Assembly: GCA_951406725.2 (NCBI GenBank)
Contig: OX597820.1
Coordinates: 112,220,001-112,284,000 of the forward strand
Source of the DNA: Octopus vulgaris
Taxonomy: Eukaryota
Direction: 5' to 3'
Length of the DNA stretch: 64,000 nucleotides
In this document: positions 34,467 through 48,480 of the stretch, piece by piece
How positions within the stretch are numbered: the stretch's first letter is position 1
How the letters are laid out: each line of letters begins with the position of its first letter
Notes under the pieces: generated by a model
What the model saw: the letters and a program-made list of their open reading frames with translations, nothing else
Database searches by the model: none
What the model was told of the DNA's origin: nothing
Translations under genes and position numbers: made by a program

Positions 34467-35057
34467 ATTGTTGGTTCAGTAACTGAAGTGTCTCGATTTT
34501 CAGTGTCCTGTGATTCCGCTATCATACACTATTACCACTACTTGTTGATTCTCTCTCTCTCTCTCTCTCTCTCTCTGCGTGAATATGAATGTGTGTGTAC
34601 ATAAAATAACAAATTGGCAGCACCCTCAAGGCTGGGTTAGAATGTTTTGTGCTATATGTCCCGGCTCTCTTCTCTCGAAGTTAGATTCCACCGAGATCAA
34701 AACTTTCATCTTATCGAGGTCGACAAATAAACGTACCAGGTCAGAGCGTGATGTACTGGCGAAACTGTTGGAGGGCCTGTCGAAATGTCCTTGTAGCATA
34801 TCTTTCGACTTATTGCATCCTGAAGTCATATCCCATGCTCTTATTGGGTGAGAGAGAGAGAACGGTGACACGTTTGTCAAAAGTTGAGAGTCAATAACAG
34901 CAGTGTAAACAATCCATGGAAACATTTGTATCCTTGGTTCGACTATAACATTGGCTGTCATCACTCTTCCAACACCATCATCAACACCACTACTCCATCA
35001 CATAATCATTACTATTCCACCACTATCACTCTTCCAAAATCATCACCACTCCACTAC

Positions 35058-35397
35058 CGTGAAGTTTATTTGCCACCTAAATGTGGCTGACCCATAGGGG
35101 ACAATGCTACTGTAGTTTATAGCCCCAGGAAGACATCTCCTCCAGCTGGCTAACGACACACCGTCTGTGCCCGATCAGTATTTGCGAAGGGAAATCATCG
35201 TTCCTCACGCGATACACACGGACGACGGGTTACTACTCAGAAACCCGGGTCTGTGTGTATCACGTGAGGCTAGAGATGGGAACGATGATTTCCCTTCGCA
35301 AATACTGATCGGGCACAGACGGTGTGTCCAAGAGGAGATGCCTTCTTGGGGCTATAAACTACAGTAGCCACATTTAGTTGGCAAATATACTTTCACG
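35058..35397. mobile_element. Fold-back element / MITE forming a long hairpin
   Basis: Perfect 50-bp inverted repeat 35155-35204 / 35279-35328 plus further inverted blocks out to both ends. A decayed end copy lies at 35612-35685. Confidence 0.85.
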
Positions 35398-37429
35398 ATG
35401 TCGTGCTGCTGCTGTTTACATCTCGCTCAGAGATCTATTTTTGCTTAAATATACACCATTTTATGAAAAACAAACGATATTTAATAATTAATGTTATAAT
35501 TTTAATAAGGGGTTCAGATTTCACCCCTCTCCCAATTTTAAATTTTGAGCTTTTCATCCATTTATTTATGTGTCTGTCTATCTATTTATTCCTGTCCGTT
35601 TACTTATAAAATATATTTGTCAACTAAATGTGGCGGTCCTATAGAAGACGATGTTACTGTTGTTTTTAGCCGCAGGAAGACTTTCATATCTATCTCTTTA
35701 CACACACACATATATATGCTTATTGAACTTAAAAGTTTCAAAACGTGGTTTCTTGCATATCCGGAACCTCCGTCATCTAAAACATTGGGGGGGGGGGGGG
35801 AAAGTTTCGAAAAAGTTCAAAATTTTTAATGGGGTGGGGAGTTAAATTTTTTCTTTTCATATTCGTAATCTCTGAGGTCTAAAACGCAGGAATTTGAAAT
35901 TTTTTATGCATTTTTCAAGGAGAGATGCGAAACTGCATTAGTCCCAGATTGTCTACTCTTTTACTGACAATTGGACTGATGCCGTGCTGGGGTACCACGT
36001 TGAAAGATTTCAGTTGGTCATATCATCCTCAGGGCTTATTTTTTGAAATCTGATACCGATCGATTTTCTAGCGGAGTCCACAGAGGCAGGCACAAAAACA
36101 GATACGTGAAACACTCCTCGAGATGGCATCAGCTTGATACAGGTGCAATCGACTCGACATATTTTCCGCCTACCCAGTTTCACTCACATGTATGAGTCAA
36201 CCTGAGGCTATAGAAAATTACATTTGTCCAAGATGCCACGCAGTAGGACCGAACTAGCACCTCATGGTTGCGAAGCAAACTTCTTAATCTTTCGGCAGAA
36301 CTGCGCCTAAAAATAACCTGGAATCAATAAGGAAAATATCGTTACTTGTAAGAGAGCGGTAGATCGTTCCGGCTGACGTCTGACTGGGAATAAATAGACA
36401 AACAAACAAATAAATCATACATCTTCAATCCTAATCTCATTATCCTCCCCCCCTTCCCTTTACTCTTTCTTCTACATCTCGTCAGAGCAAGTCTGGGTAC
36501 TTTCACGGCAAGTTAGTTTCATCAGCAGCGTTGAGGCCGGGATGGCACATGACCAGCAGCAGACCAGGACAACAACCAGCAGAAATCGTTGACATTCGGA
36601 TTATAATAACGAACGATTGATAACAAATATTTCAGACAGGTTATTTATATATTTATTTATCCATTTATTCGTATGTATGTATGTGCGCGCGCGCGTGCAT
36701 GCACACACACACGCTATATATATAATCCGAAGTTCATAAAACGCAAATGTCTGTATGGCTGAAACGAGTAAAATAATAAAAGTATGTATCTGTGTGTGTG
36801 TGTGTGTGTGTGTGGCAGAAGTTACACTGCAACTTAAGGGCCGAGAATTTTGTGCATGGCACTCAGAATCTCTTGGTTCTGGATTCACTTAACTTCTGCC
36901 GATTAGAAATGATACGTTTGTGTGTGTGTGTGTTCTGAGTGTTTTCCTGTCCATTTTACCACACGCACACACGCTGTGTGTGTATGTGGAAGTTTGATGG
37001 CTTTTTTTTAGCCTAAGTTAGCCAGCTTGAACTGACTTAGTTATGATCGAAGGTAATCCACCAGGACTAATGCGTTTTTTCTTCAAGCTTAACGCCTCTA
37101 AGACCGCAAAACCTATGCTTCATTTTCTTTTTTAAGGCTGTGATTTAAAGGGTATTTGACTACTATTTCTTACAAGTCGAAGATGGTGCACAGTGCTCCC
37201 TTGTTCGTCTCTTTTTGTTGTTTAGCCCCAAGTCGGCACTAATTGGGCAGACTTATAATCAAAAGCTTTCCACCCGTAACCATCTGTCTTTCTGTATACT
37301 AGGAACAAACTTTTTAATGTGGTTGCTAATATTTCTAGCTTTGTTTTGTCGGTAGTAACATTAGTTTGTTTGATAGAACGAAGCTTCTGGATGAGAGCTG
37401 TTTGGGGAGCAGTTAATGATGGTTGTCGT

Positions 37430-37800
37430 CGGCAATGGATATTTGTAAAATCATTAGACATCGGATAAAATGCTTTGTAATATTTGTCGTCCCGGTTCTT
37501 CACGTTCTGAGTTCAAATCCCGCCGGGGTTGACTTTGATTTTCATCCTTTCGGGGGTCAATATAATCAACTAATCCTCTCCCACAAAAGTTCAGGTCTAG
37601 TGCGTATAACAAGGGATTATTGTTATAATTAAGGTGGGAAGCTGGCAAAATTGTTCGAGCAGCGGACAAATTGCTTTGTGGTATTTCCGACTCGTTACGA
37701 TCTGAGTTCAAATTCCTCCGAGTCCAACTTCGCCTTTCAGTTCTTTCGGAATCGATAAAATAAGTACCAATCAATTACCCGGATCGATGTTATCGACTTT
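37430..37800 (+). mobile_element. Two adjacent diverged family B SINEs
   Basis: GTTCTGAGTTCAAATCCCGCCGGGGTTGACTTTG and TCTGAGTTCAAATTCCTCCGAGTCCAACTTCGCC. Confidence 0.75.
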
Positions 37801-39089
37801 TGTCGATTATTAGCCATGTGATAATATTTGAAGCAATTATGATGATGACAATAATTCTATTATGATCATGGTGATGATTGTGATATGGTGACGGTGGTGT
37901 TCTGATAGCACCCACGATCATTAGTGGGATTATAATGTGTGTAATAATTAGTGATTTGCGATTATGAACGAAAAAATTATGTGGACGAAAAAACGATGAA
38001 AAACAAAACGACAAAACAAAAGACAAAAACAACTGACCAGTCAGCGAGTCACATGATAAAAGTTCATCGCAGAAAGTGGTCAGCATGTGACTCGTTGTAC
38101 ACACACGCACACACGCACACGAATTATATAAAAAAAAAATCACACGCGCTCTTTTTAATCATAGCAAAGAATTTCAAAGAGAGAAAGAAAGCAGAGAGCG
38201 TGCGCATCTGTTTTCCTTTAAATAGCGTTAAACATGAAAGAGATAGGAAGATAAATAAATAGACAGATACGATAACTGGTAAATAGTAGCAGTATCTAGG
38301 ATTACATACATTAAGTTGCTCTCTTTTTGTAAGACAGTAGTGTGAGTGAGTTATGTGATATTTGGTCGCTATTTCTAGTATATCGTCCGTATACAAGTTC
38401 CTTCGTTCGAGGAAGCGAATAGATAAATAGATATGCAGTTATGAAACGTTCGGTGTGAAACACGATACATTTAAGATCTATTTCAAAATTTGTTTTCATT
38501 AATCTTTATACACACACTCTTAATTAGTTTTATGACAATATATAAGTTTGATCAGATGCGGTTGTTCATGTATTGATATCCAGTTCAGAGGTCCGCATGG
38601 GGGGAAATCATCATCATCGTTTAACGTCCGTTTTCCATGCTAGCATGGGTTGGATGTCTATAGTAATTAACAGTAGCCCTGTATAACTGATTCCTATTTA
38701 GTAAACTATGCTCGTCACTTAATTTAACTAGACGAAGGGACAGGTTGGCACGGGACCACGACTAGGCCAGTGAGGTGTTTGTTTTCCGTGGGTCAACCTT
38801 CTATGCATATATGGGAACCCTGGGTAAAAAAACAAAAAGAAATAAAAATGTCCATAACAAAAAAAGTACTGGTCGGGGAGAATAGATTGAACTTGGCATG
38901 CAATAAATGTGTGCTTCTAAAGTTTCTGAGATATCAGAACAGACAGAAGTAATCTATCAAGCAAACAAACGGAAGCAACCTCTTACATAGTCACTCGACT
39001 TACAAGAAACAGCAGTCAAATCTCCAGAGAACACATTTCTTGATATTTCAGAAAGGCATGAGGGGTGAGGGCAATGAGCAATATTTGTT

Positions 39090-40370
39090 GCATTTTTGAC
39101 TTTGATATAAAAAAAAAAAGTTTTTACAAATGTTCACTTAGAAAAATTATATCAGTTAAGCAAAGTACCTTCTCTAAATGCATTAAAAGCACTCATATTC
39201 AAAGCTCTATTTCAGAAAATTATCCCTGTTCTCTTTGAGCATGCAAAAGACAAATTTAGGTAGGCAAAATGAATAAGACAAAGTAAGTTAAAGTTCTCTC
39301 TTCAATTCTCTTGAATTACATTTGGAAAAAGAAAAAAAGTATACACATCACATCTATAATCTAAAAACTCAGCATAGAATATAGCTTCTTTCCAATCTGC
39401 TGGAGTGGCTCTCTTCACCGTACAGTTAAATAGAAGAAATTATTGAAATTAGTCATTACTCATTTTACCTCCACTTTAGACATCAGTTTTTTGAAAATGA
39501 TCAAATTGGTCATGGGAAAAAATTGATTTGGAATCCAAAAAAGAAAAGAATTTTGATAAACACCAAAATTTATCCAGATAGTTTATTAGCAACTTCAATT
39601 AGAATCAAGTCAGAGTTGAGGAAAAGTTTCTTGGAAAAAATGTACCTGTCATCTGACTTTCAGCTTCAACAACAATTATGCTGACCAATTTTTACTCCCA
39701 AAGATGATGCAATAATTGCAATGTAATGGCTTCAAACAAATAGGGAGAAGAGAAATCTGAAATTATTCATTTTGCACCCCGCCATGGTCATAGCTGAATC
39801 ATTGTTTTGATCTGCAGGTTAAAAGAACAACATCCAGAAAAAAAAGCCCCTGTTTATTATTATTTGATAGGGGAATTGATGGGAGTAGTGCACTAGCTTC
39901 TTTAGACTTGTCTCTGACTAGATCTGGGCCCTTGTAGTATCTTCTCTCTCATCCCGAGATCTTTCGACTGATTCTTTCAAACACATTGTAAACAGAGCCT
40001 GTGCCAACAAAGGAGCTTCTATGTCAGTCATGAGCAAACTGTGGCCCACAGGACTTTCTGAATGGCATGCCTAATAAATATTGCCTTGTTTTTTTTCTTT
40101 TAGTAGCATGATGATGAAACATGCCTCATGCGGTTCGCTTCTTGGAAAAGGTTGCTAGTACCTGTTCTACATAGTGGATTGATATGCTACAAGTAGCAGT
40201 TTCCCTTAACTCCTTTGGTACCAACTCACTTGAAACTATTTCTTCCTTTTGTAACTTACTGGATCTAGAAGAAAAGGTTATGGTCTCTGGAAGCCTTCAA
40301 GTGATATTGAGGCCTTTAATGTTCTTGATAATCCATTGCAACTTAGCATTTGCGGTAAAAATATGAGCAA
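39090..40370 (-). mobile_element. Highly decayed LINE ORF2 relic (APE-RT, I/Nimb/Jockey-like)
   Basis: Scattered minus-strand motifs in the expected order: LQWIIKNIKGL (~40340), SHQFPYQIII (~39870), PADWKEAI (39403-39380), FLSEHL..FFF (~39130). Many stops and frameshifts. Confidence 0.5.
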
Positions 40371-41266
40371 GGAGAGTTTTCCAGGGATAGATGTTACGGA
40401 AAGGAAAGACTGAGCGTAGTCATTAATGTGATGCTTGGGGATGTTGGACACAGCAAGGATTATGAGACCAAGAGAGGTGAGTGATTGGAGAATGTCTGAG
40501 TAGAGCTGGGATGATTCCAGTCAGCTCCAAGGAGTAAAGGATAATTATAGTATCAGTAAAAAAAAAAGGTAGAGAGAAGAGACAGCGCACTTCTGGGGCT
40601 AGAGACCAGAGTATGTCTCCATCAAGGCTGAACATGAGTTAAACAACAAATATTTTGTATCTCACTTATACATGTATGGTCTCAATTCCCTACCTCTTCC
40701 CCAACCAAACATTAAACACAAATATTCATGGTAAACAATGCATTAACCTAATGTAATCTTACTCTCAAATTCACTTTCACATTCACGTGCCCCACCCCGC
40801 ACACACACATTTGAATTGTATTGAGTGATCCTTCAGTTAGGTTTGACTTGTGTCCGTCCATCCATCCATCAATGAAAGAGTGAAGCTGTTCAGCTTACAA
40901 CTGCGGGTCAGTCCTGCTATGTCGATTTTATGATGAAACAACATTCCAGTCATGACCATCCCGTCTTTTCCTCACCTTATGAATAAGAGAGCATAGGGCA
41001 TATCCGACATCCTCCTTTTCTTAAGATGGTAGAAGCTGATTTGAGGGAGATTTTAGCACTATTTCTAGCGGCTAGAACGAACGCGTAGAGACACTCATCA
41101 TATACATACCAAGAGAATATAGTGGTTTGTATATGGTGAATAAAACAGGCTAGACCCAGCAGTCAAGCACCTGACAATCTGAGAAGAGAGCGCGTGACTT
41201 ACATAGCAACTTCCCTGGCTTCCATCGATTTTTCCAAGCCGCATCTCGTGTTTTCCGCTTACTGAT

Positions 41267-41320
<54 letters not shown>

Positions 41321-41323
41321 ACA

Positions 41324-41390
<67 letters not shown>
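41267..41390. repeat. (CT)n microsatellite
   Basis: Direct reading. Confidence 0.97.
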
Positions 41391-41392
<2 letters not shown>

Positions 41393-42019
41393 ACTGTCTG
41401 CATGCTCCCTATGAAATTGTTTTTCCCTTTTCGATCCTTCTTTTTCTCTAGTCTCTGCAAGTCCATCTTTTGGCACTGCAAAATGCTATAATAAAATTAT
41501 TGGTTCTTCACAACCCCGTCAATATATATATATATATATATATAAAAATTATAGCCTTCCTTCACAATGTAATTTAGTTGTATGGTTCCTTTCTGGACTT
41601 ATCTCTGTGACACTATGTTGGTCAGTAGACGCTGTTGAAAAAAGTACCATTTGCGTTGTTTATTATTTGCAACTGTATAATAATAATAATAATAAAGGTG
41701 ATTATGATTTCAAATTTTGGCACAAGGCCCGCAATTTCGGCGGAGGGGGTAAATCGATTACATCGACTCCAGTGCTCGAAAGGATGAAAGGCAAAGTCTC
41801 ACCTCAGTGGAGTTTGAACTCAGACGTAAAGAACCGGAAGAAATGCCACTAAGCATTTTGTCCGGCGCGGTAATGATCCTGTCTAGGATTGCAATGCGTT
41901 TTGTAGCTTAAACCGTGTATTAGCAAGCTTCGGCGACTCCTGGATGTTCTATTTTTGTTTTATATGGTTCTTAAAATTGTGATATGACTACCCTCCTCTT
42001 ACTTATGTACACGAACTAA

Positions 42020-42320
42020 AAAAATCTATGTAGTCACTAGCTTGCTAGATATAACTGCCAGACATCCCTTAGGTTATTAAAAATCATTTGAGTTTGTATT
42101 CTTTTAGCAAATTACTGGGTTAGCTGTGATGTGGTTGCTCGGTTCACTTGAAATAGCAACCAAATTTCTGTCTAATCCCATTCGATTACCTTAAGAACAT
42201 ATTGAATAATGTTGTCTTAGATACACTGCCTGAAAAAAAATTACTTGATGGTCACAGTTGGCACTTTTATTATAGGTATTCTCGATCAGAATTCACCTGA
42301 CGCTGAACAGCAGCAACAAA
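42020..42320 (+). mobile_element. Old SINE-like family D (representative tandem copies)
   Basis: Consensus-like GTGGTCACTCGAC.TGCTAGAAATAGCAGCCAAATCT..GATGGTCACAGCTGGAATGCCTTT..CAACAAC. Decayed copies at ~1920, 2090, 2545, 5180, 12550, 29800, 37000, 40900, 51270, 60880, 61175 and 62040. Confidence 0.7.
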
Positions 42321-42628
42321 TCATAAACATTTAATTCATAATCGTTAGTTAGATCGACAAAATATATCTTGTCGAACAAGCGATTATAGATTAAATGTTT
42401 ATTATCTCTCAGACTTATCTTTTGAGTTCATTATTCGAAGTGGTTTGAAATAGCTTCTTTGAGTTTGTCACCCCTTGAAATAACCGGGCGTGCGCGCACA
42501 CACGTACACACACACACACACACGCATTGGCGAAAACTTATCTAGATGTGTATGAGAAAGAGAGAGAAATAATTGCAGAGTCACTGAGTTGCTAAAAGTT
42601 CATGTCAAAAGTATCAATGATCAAAACA

Positions 42629-42818
42629 GGCGGCGAGCTGGCAGAAACGTTAGCACGCCCGGCGAAATGCTTAGCAGTGTATTGTCTGGCGCTACGTTCT
42701 GAGTTCAAATTCCGCCGAGGTCGACTTTGCCTTTCATCCTTTCGGGGTCGATAAATTAAGTACCATGTAATCGACTTAATCTCTTTGTCTGTCCCTTCTA
42801 TGTTTATAAAGAAATAAG
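42629..42818 (+). mobile_element. SINE family B
   Basis: GGCGGCGAGCTGGCAGAAACGTTAGCACGCC..GAGTTCAAATTCCGCCGAGGTCGAC; near-identical to the 47839 copy. Confidence 0.93.
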
Positions 42819-43404
42819 TATCATTGAACAAAACATTCAGCCCTCTCATATGTAAGCAGTATCACTGAGCCAAGACACCCCAATATTCGCTGTCATTAGT
42901 ACACCTGTCTGTGAAGGTGTGTATATCTATCTGTCTGATAGACTCACATATCGAAGACGACGTATGAGTGTTTAGTGAGAAGACATATCCAATCAAATAG
43001 TACCACTATTCACCGTTGTTTACAATTCATTCACTTCACCTGGTGACTCCTCATGAAAATCTTCCGGCTACAAAAGCAATATGGATATGAGCATGACTTA
43101 TTAAACCAGCACGTGATTTTGCCGAGAAATTACAATGTGGACAACGATGGTTTGTGGGGAGACTTGTTCTGTTGGTTTACCTTCTGTATTTTCCCGTAAC
43201 TGCGCTTGATGAAATACCTTTTGAATTTCGAAATTTTGAAACTGGAAAAAGCACTCTCTTCCAGTCAGCACGGTTTCTCGCAAGATTTTCTTTTCTAATG
43301 TTCAGGCGTTTCAAATTATCTTTGATTTGTCCTTATAGTGTCCGTAGTGGCCAGCCTACATTCTGTCGTCAATATTCAAATCTTTTTCGGATTTATGCTT
43401 TACC

Positions 43405-43462
<58 letters not shown>

Positions 43463-43644
43463 GTCGAATATGTTCGTAAACGACCTATGCTACAGGACGG
43501 AGGGGACCATATAAAAACGACCGAATGTTTCCAAAAATTCTAAAGTACTATGCTGTTGGGCATGCTTTCGTTTGAATCAGTGTAGTTGTCAAACTCGATC
43601 ATATGGGCAATGTTTGTATATGAAATATACTTTAAAACGATAGG

Positions 43645-43860
43645 TACGCCAATTCAATGAGTCTTGGTAATCACAGGCTCCTTGATTAGCTCATTAAGTA
43701 TTATTTACACCATGTGCGTGGAACCATCCGAATGTCTATAAAAGTTCTAAGGCGTGTAATTTTATGTCTGTACAATATACCATAAAATGTTAATTAAATC
43801 AGTTTAATTAATCTTAGCATTTATAGGATGGCCTGTCTATATGATCATTGAATTGGCGTA
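43645..43860. mobile_element. Small MITE with TA termini (Tc1/mariner-type signature)
   Basis: Perfect 16-bp inverted ends TACGCCAATTCAATGA / TCATTGAATTGGCGTA. Confidence 0.7.
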
Positions 43861-44154
43861 ACTACACAAAACTAAGGTGTAGTGTGGCAGAATGGGTGAG
43901 AAGTTCACTTCGCAACTAAGAGGCTCCGGCTTCGATCCCCACTACCAAGCATCGGTTCTGAACCATAGCATACATTGTGAGTAAAAGTGAGTAGGTAGAA
44001 CTATATCAGGTGAATGGCACCTGCGTCACATGCTTGAAAATGCTCAGCTACGTATACGTTTATTCAGGAGCAGGTAATTCAGTTGATCGAACAACTGAAT
44101 CTTCATCGTTGAACGACGGAGACCCACCACCACTGTATATTGCAGTGGCTGTCT

Positions 44155-44412
44155 GCTATGTAATGCAATAGGTAGGTGCTGAGACACCATGCAGTGTTGA
44201 TGCTAGACACATAAGCAACATTAATGTCGGCCGTGTAATAGAAGAAATAGTTTTATAGGCAGATCAGGCAGCCTTGTCAGCACGTAATGCAACAAGTAGG
44301 TGCAGGCAGGCCAAGCTGTATTGATTGTCGGTCGTATAATACCAGCAGTAGGAGGCAGATCAAGCAACATTCATGTCAGTCTTGTAATGCAGCAGCAGGT
44401 AGGTGCAGACAT
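44155..44412. repeat. Degenerate minisatellite
   Basis: Recurring GTAATGCA.(CAG)GTAGGTGCAG and GGCAGATCA.GCA.C.TT motifs at roughly 50-100-bp spacing. Confidence 0.6.
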
Positions 44413-45559
44413 TTCTTTTTGCAACTGCCAACCGCTTATAATGGCAACAGCATACATAGTTTTATAAAGATCTGAAACTATGTGATCTACCTCTTACGTT
44501 TATGTTTTATGTCGCATTTTATGAACAATAGCATCGTTTGTTAGAGATTTCCAACGGGCCAGATTCTATCGGAACAAATATCATAAAGGAATTTTTTTTG
44601 AATTCACCGGTTTATCGGTTTGTTCGCTGATGGATATGTTTTTCGTCGGAAGTCACTTATAGACACCTCTCTTGCCCTCTGTCTCTCTTTACACATACAT
44701 TAGATACCTCCGCTCAATTTCTCTCTACTAAATTCTACTCGTTAGAATTGGTCAATCCAAAGCTTTATATACCAAAGGTACCGCGCACTGATGATAGAAC
44801 AGCATTACTTAGTTGCGAAGCGACCTTCTTAACCATAAAGCTATAATTGCACCCTTAATCTTTGTGATGATACTTTTATTTTTCATCTTACTATTTTCAT
44901 TGTTATTCGTGTAATTCTGTTGCAAATTTCATCTCTTTATTCTATGTCTTTCCATCAAATTGTGTTTGTGTTTACACCTGAAATGAGGGTGACAAGTGGT
45001 AGAAACGACTAAATAATGCTTCCAAAGATTAGGGCAAATCTCAGCAGGAAAAAAAGTCCGCTTTTTTATTGTTTTACCAATGCTAATGGGTTAGTGTGGC
45101 TAAGTCCTCTTTTTGTATTTGGCAAAAGAGAGAAAGAGAGGGTGAGTTTGAAGCTGTGCTTTCGCGTGTTTCTATCCTTGACGTAGACCCATCTAAGGGA
45201 CCACAAGTAGCCCACTTCATATAGATCTCTTATGTTTTCCAGCAGGATTTTGAAAGACTGGGTCTTTGGATCCTAAATTGCAGTATTTGGCGTTACCACT
45301 AAGTGGAGAAGATTTGGCATTAAGTAGTGGTGCCTAAATCGCGGTTTAGTAAAACTCAATGCCACATTTTGGTGTTAATTCTTTCAACATCTTCCACACA
45401 TTTATGCTGTGTGCGTGCATCACTAAATATCTTTGTGTTCTTCGTAGAGAACCATGGAGCTTTCAGCCTCTCTCAGCAACTCTTCTGACACATAGAGACT
45501 ATCCTAAGCATTGGATTTCTTCAAATTTTCCAGTCAGTTTACCATTTTGTGTGAACCAT

Positions 45560-46650
45560 AGTTGGGAACAATAATCCTGGCGACTGAGAACATATGTCTT
45601 CCACAGAACCAACATGATTACTTGGTCTCTCGTTCTAAATGATTTCAGAATCCATTTGTCATTTGCCAGCACATTGTCATCTTGTTATAGTGCATTTTTG
45701 TTAATTTTGGTCGTCATGTTATCACTGATTGTGACTCCAGGATTGTAACTCTAGATCCTACGTATCCTGGTTGCGATGTGTTAAGAGGATTGATACTTAA
45801 GTGCTTGAAACTTGCCACCTTTAATCGCAAATTGTTTCTTCAGTCCATTTTAAGTCTTTGTGAAAGATTTTGACATCATTGGCGCTTTTGATTATCTTTC
45901 CTTGTATAAGTAATGGCATGTCTGAGAGAGCTCATTACAAACAGCAATGATCCTGATGAGCATTTCCGTATGTTCTACTCTCAGAATTATTGTATCCTCT
46001 CGGAAGACCACCATTCGCTGCGGCAGCTCGATTTCCGTTTGTTGTACAGTCATGCAGCTACTCTCCTAATTGTCCAGCTATGCCAAGGTGAAGTAGTTTG
46101 TGACATTATTCCATGATCAACTTTGTCGAAGACCTTTGCAAAGTTGGATATACCTCACACATTTGAATAGTTTGAGCAGCTATCTCAAAACCCAATCGTA
46201 AATCTGTAGAAGCTATCTGAGACAGCTTGTATTCAGATGGAATCTGTATTGAGTATCACTTAGCAAGTCATTTTCCTTTAAGAACGCGATCAGTTTCATT
46301 TCATGACTTCCTCGGTATTTGAAGTCAGAGGGAAAAGCCTGTAATTTTTAACATTTACTTTCCTTCCTTCCTCAGGATAGAACATTTCAATTTTTTAGAG
46401 AGCTTATCAATTAGAAAGAAACTTTTGATAAATGACTGTTGTGGTTTTGTTTTCATATGAATTGTCGAAAACCAGTCGGGACCTGTCTCTAATTTTAGGC
46501 TCAATTTATCTATAGCTGATATTGCATCCATCTTTTTGGTCTGAATACAATCGATGGTTACCATTTTCTTATGTTGAAGAACTCTGGTTTACTTAATTGC
46601 GCGTCAATGGGGCTAGTGGAAGAACTTTAGGATTGTTCTTATAGAATTTC
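45560..46650 (-). mobile_element. Decayed CR1-group LINE RT region
   Basis: AIDKLSLKLETGPDWF (GPD motif, ~46480) and NFAKVFDKVDHGIM (D-F.KAFDKVDH motif, 46146-46105). Frameshifted. Confidence 0.8.
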
Positions 46651-47346
46651 ACTATAGCCCCCACTTTGTGATAGACCACCGCTGTTTTGTGAATTTATAG
46701 AAAGTCGTTATAAAGGTCTCGTTTGCTTCCCCACCCCGTGGATTTACGTAATTTCCAGAAAAATTAAAGATAGGGGTCACATGTTTATGTAAATATCGAA
46801 AACAAGACGCATACTTGATGGAATAATGAACAATTGCACAAAAATTAGCTTCTGTTTGCTTAAGGGGTGGAAAGTTTATTAAAGTTATTTTGGGAAAGGG
46901 GGCGCTACAAAGAGTTTACAAGAAATCCCGCTTAGCAGTTTATCAGACTCGCTCACGATTCTGTCAGCTCTAAGCAACAATGATTTACTTACAAAAGGAC
47001 TTAACATTGGATATACGGTCGAATTTATTCTAGAAATAAAGTGGGGAGGGCAGTGATCTCGAGGTGTGTTCACACTAATTGAACACACGAGGCAGGTGAA
47101 ACTTGAAGTTATGCTCCCACTGTCAATGCGTCCATACATACATGCATAGACAGACAGACACACACACACACTGCTTATATTTATATAAGCTGTCATTCTT
47201 GATTATTATTACTGTTTGTTTACAGCAGTTCTAACACGCCTCACCAAATAAATCATTATGTAAGCATGTATACTAAACTCTTAATTCCTTTACTGGTGTC
47301 AGTATCTATTGCACTGCTACTATGCTTGGTTCATCACAGACATAGC

Positions 47347-47380
<34 letters not shown>

Positions 47381-47838
47381 CGTATATTTGTCTGTACTTA
47401 CATGACTGTGTACGTATAAATAAATATACGTGTGTATACACACGCCCGCACACATCGCATTGAAAGGTCATTGAACGGATAGACAGAGATTCACTGACCA
47501 GCATGCCACAATCTCGGGTGGTCAGGCATACTATTTTATAATCTACCCTCACTTTGAATAGCATCCTTTCGTCCCTAATCCTTGAATCCCCTATCTCGCT
47601 CATTTTTGTAATGTTCACAGTCCCTCCCTAGTTTACTATCCCTAAATTAAAATACTTTGTCAAATTCCGTCTTCGCAGAGCTACTGCTCTCTTGAAATCC
47701 TATCTGCCTAGATTTTATTATCTACGAGTGTCGATCGGTAAAAGATCAGCCGGCCTCAGCAGCATAGAAAAGCTTCAGAGTTGCATGCACACACGCGCGC
47801 GCACGCACACACACACACAAATATATAAAGCGACAGAA

Positions 47839-48064
47839 GGCGGCGAGCTGGCAGAAACGTTAGCACGCCGGGCGAAATGCTGAGCGGTATTTCGTCTGTC
47901 GTTACGTTCTGAGTTCAAATTCCGCCGAGGTCGACTTTGCCTTTCATCCTTTCGGGGTCGATAAATAAAGTACCAGTTTCGCACTGGAGTCGATGTAATC
48001 GACTTAATCCGTTTGTCTGTCCTTGTTTGTCCCCTCTATGTTTAGCCCCTTGTCGGTAGTAAAG

Positions 48065-48069
<5 letters not shown>
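47839..48069 (+). mobile_element. SINE family B, full length
   Basis: Complete head through GTAGTAAAGAAATA tail. The ~28-bp upstream flank is repeated at 48171-48199. Confidence 0.95.
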
Positions 48070-48122
<53 letters not shown>

Positions 48123-48480
48123 GTGCATATATGTCCATTTTGTATATATATACGCATGCGTGTACACGTACACACACACAAATATATGAAGCGACAGAAA
48201 AGTACACTGAAATTGCAATGAGGGGTACAGTATTTAACGTTTCGGACAGCAGTCTTTCTTCGGGATAATTTCGACTAGAGGGAATATAAAGGAAGACACC
48301 AGCCAGTTTCTCGCTGTCTTTTACTTTCTTCCTGTTGGTTTTACCTTATCCGAAATGTTGGTTGTTACACTCACCCCGATAATTTCAGCATGCTTTTTCC
48401 ATCGTTTTTGCAAATAATGCAAAAGAATTGCCGACATAAACCACCACCTGTCTCTTTGGATTCCGTTTATATATATATAT

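Noticed and set aside
41195-41265. Minus-strand GTAAGT donor next to a GA repeat, possible first exon
   Set aside because: A single hexamer with no supporting ORF or partner exon.
45954-45980. CTGATGA hammerhead-like start
   Set aside because: No GAAA follows, and it lies antisense within the CR1 relic.
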